From Chiloscyllium plagiosum (taxonomy: Eukaryota), in NCBI RefSeq assembly GCF_004010195.1, contig NC_057718.1:18135728-18199727 (forward strand): DNA of 64,000 nucleotides, read 5' to 3'. The notes under the pieces are model-generated. The model searched no databases. It was not told the origin of the DNA and was given only the letters and a program-made list of their open reading frames with translations. Below, piece by piece: positions 63,480 through 64,000 of the stretch; position 1 is the first letter of the stretch, and every line of letters begins with the position of its first letter. The translations under genes and the position numbers were made by a program.

Positions 63480-64000
63480 ATGGGGAAGCAGTGACATAGT
63501 CACTAGAGCTGTAACCAAGAGAAGCCAAGGTAATGTTTGTGATATCAGTTTGAATCTCACAATGTCAGATGGTGGAAGCTGAGTTCAATAAAATTGAGAA
63601 TTGAAAGCTACCTTAATGGTGACCATGGGACTGCTTCACTAATGTCCTTTAGAAAAGGAAAATTTTCTGTCCTTACCTGGGTCCCGACACTCAACAATGT
63701 GGTTGACTTTTAACTGCCCTCTGAATCAGCCTAACAAGCCACTTATTTGAATCAAATTGCTGCAAAGTCTGATAAAAGGAATTATCAGATCGACCACTAA
63801 GCATTAATCAAAACACTGAACGTGCCAACAGCAAACAGAGCCCTGTTGACCCTGCAAAATCATCTTTACGAACATCTGGGGGCTAGAGTGAAAATTGGGA
63901 GACTAACTCTCAAACTAGTCAAGCAACAGCGTGATGTAGTTATACTGACTGAATCATACCTTACAATGTCCCAGATGCCACAATCACCCATTTCTGGATA
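63480..64000 (+). mobile_element. LINE family 2 5' end: tRNA-like head and body running into AP endonuclease (cut by the window edge)
   Basis: GGGGAAGCAGTGACATAGT..GTTTGAATCTCAC head, TTCACTAATGTCCTTTAG body, then NIWGL...KLVKQQRDVVILTESYLT across frameshifts. Confidence 0.75.

Overview
Eukaryotic, repeat-dense, apparently non-coding (intronic or intergenic) DNA, almost certainly from a shark or other cartilaginous fish. The HE1-type tRNA SINEs, HER1/CR1 LINE tails and Deu-domain SINE relics point to this; the genus is not determinable here. I found no convincing host protein-coding exon; the ORFs that can be assigned are transposon fossils or low-complexity translations. Contents: many CR1/HER1 LINE fragments (one covering most of ORF2), about 9 HE1-like SINEs, a second CR1-group LINE with a partner SINE, two copies of a Gypsy LTR element, a solo LTR, two Penelope-like element (PLE) families (RT and GIY-YIG fragments), minisatellites and four N gaps. 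Most notable: (1) more than 10 minimal hammerhead-ribozyme motifs (CTGAnGA-stem II-GAAA-palindrome-NTH) in at least four PLE-derived families, with covarying stems, mostly carried on tiny and often palindromic elements, several with their own target-site duplications (TSDs); (2) a LINE whose AP-endonuclease ORF is directly preceded by a tRNA-like (Pol III) head, with the local SINE looking like its internal-deletion derivative; (3) a probable heterozygous HE1 SINE insertion assembled as both alleles side by side. Coordinates were read by eye and may be off by a few bases, more for decayed elements. Family names rest on my recall of consensus motifs, not on database searches.
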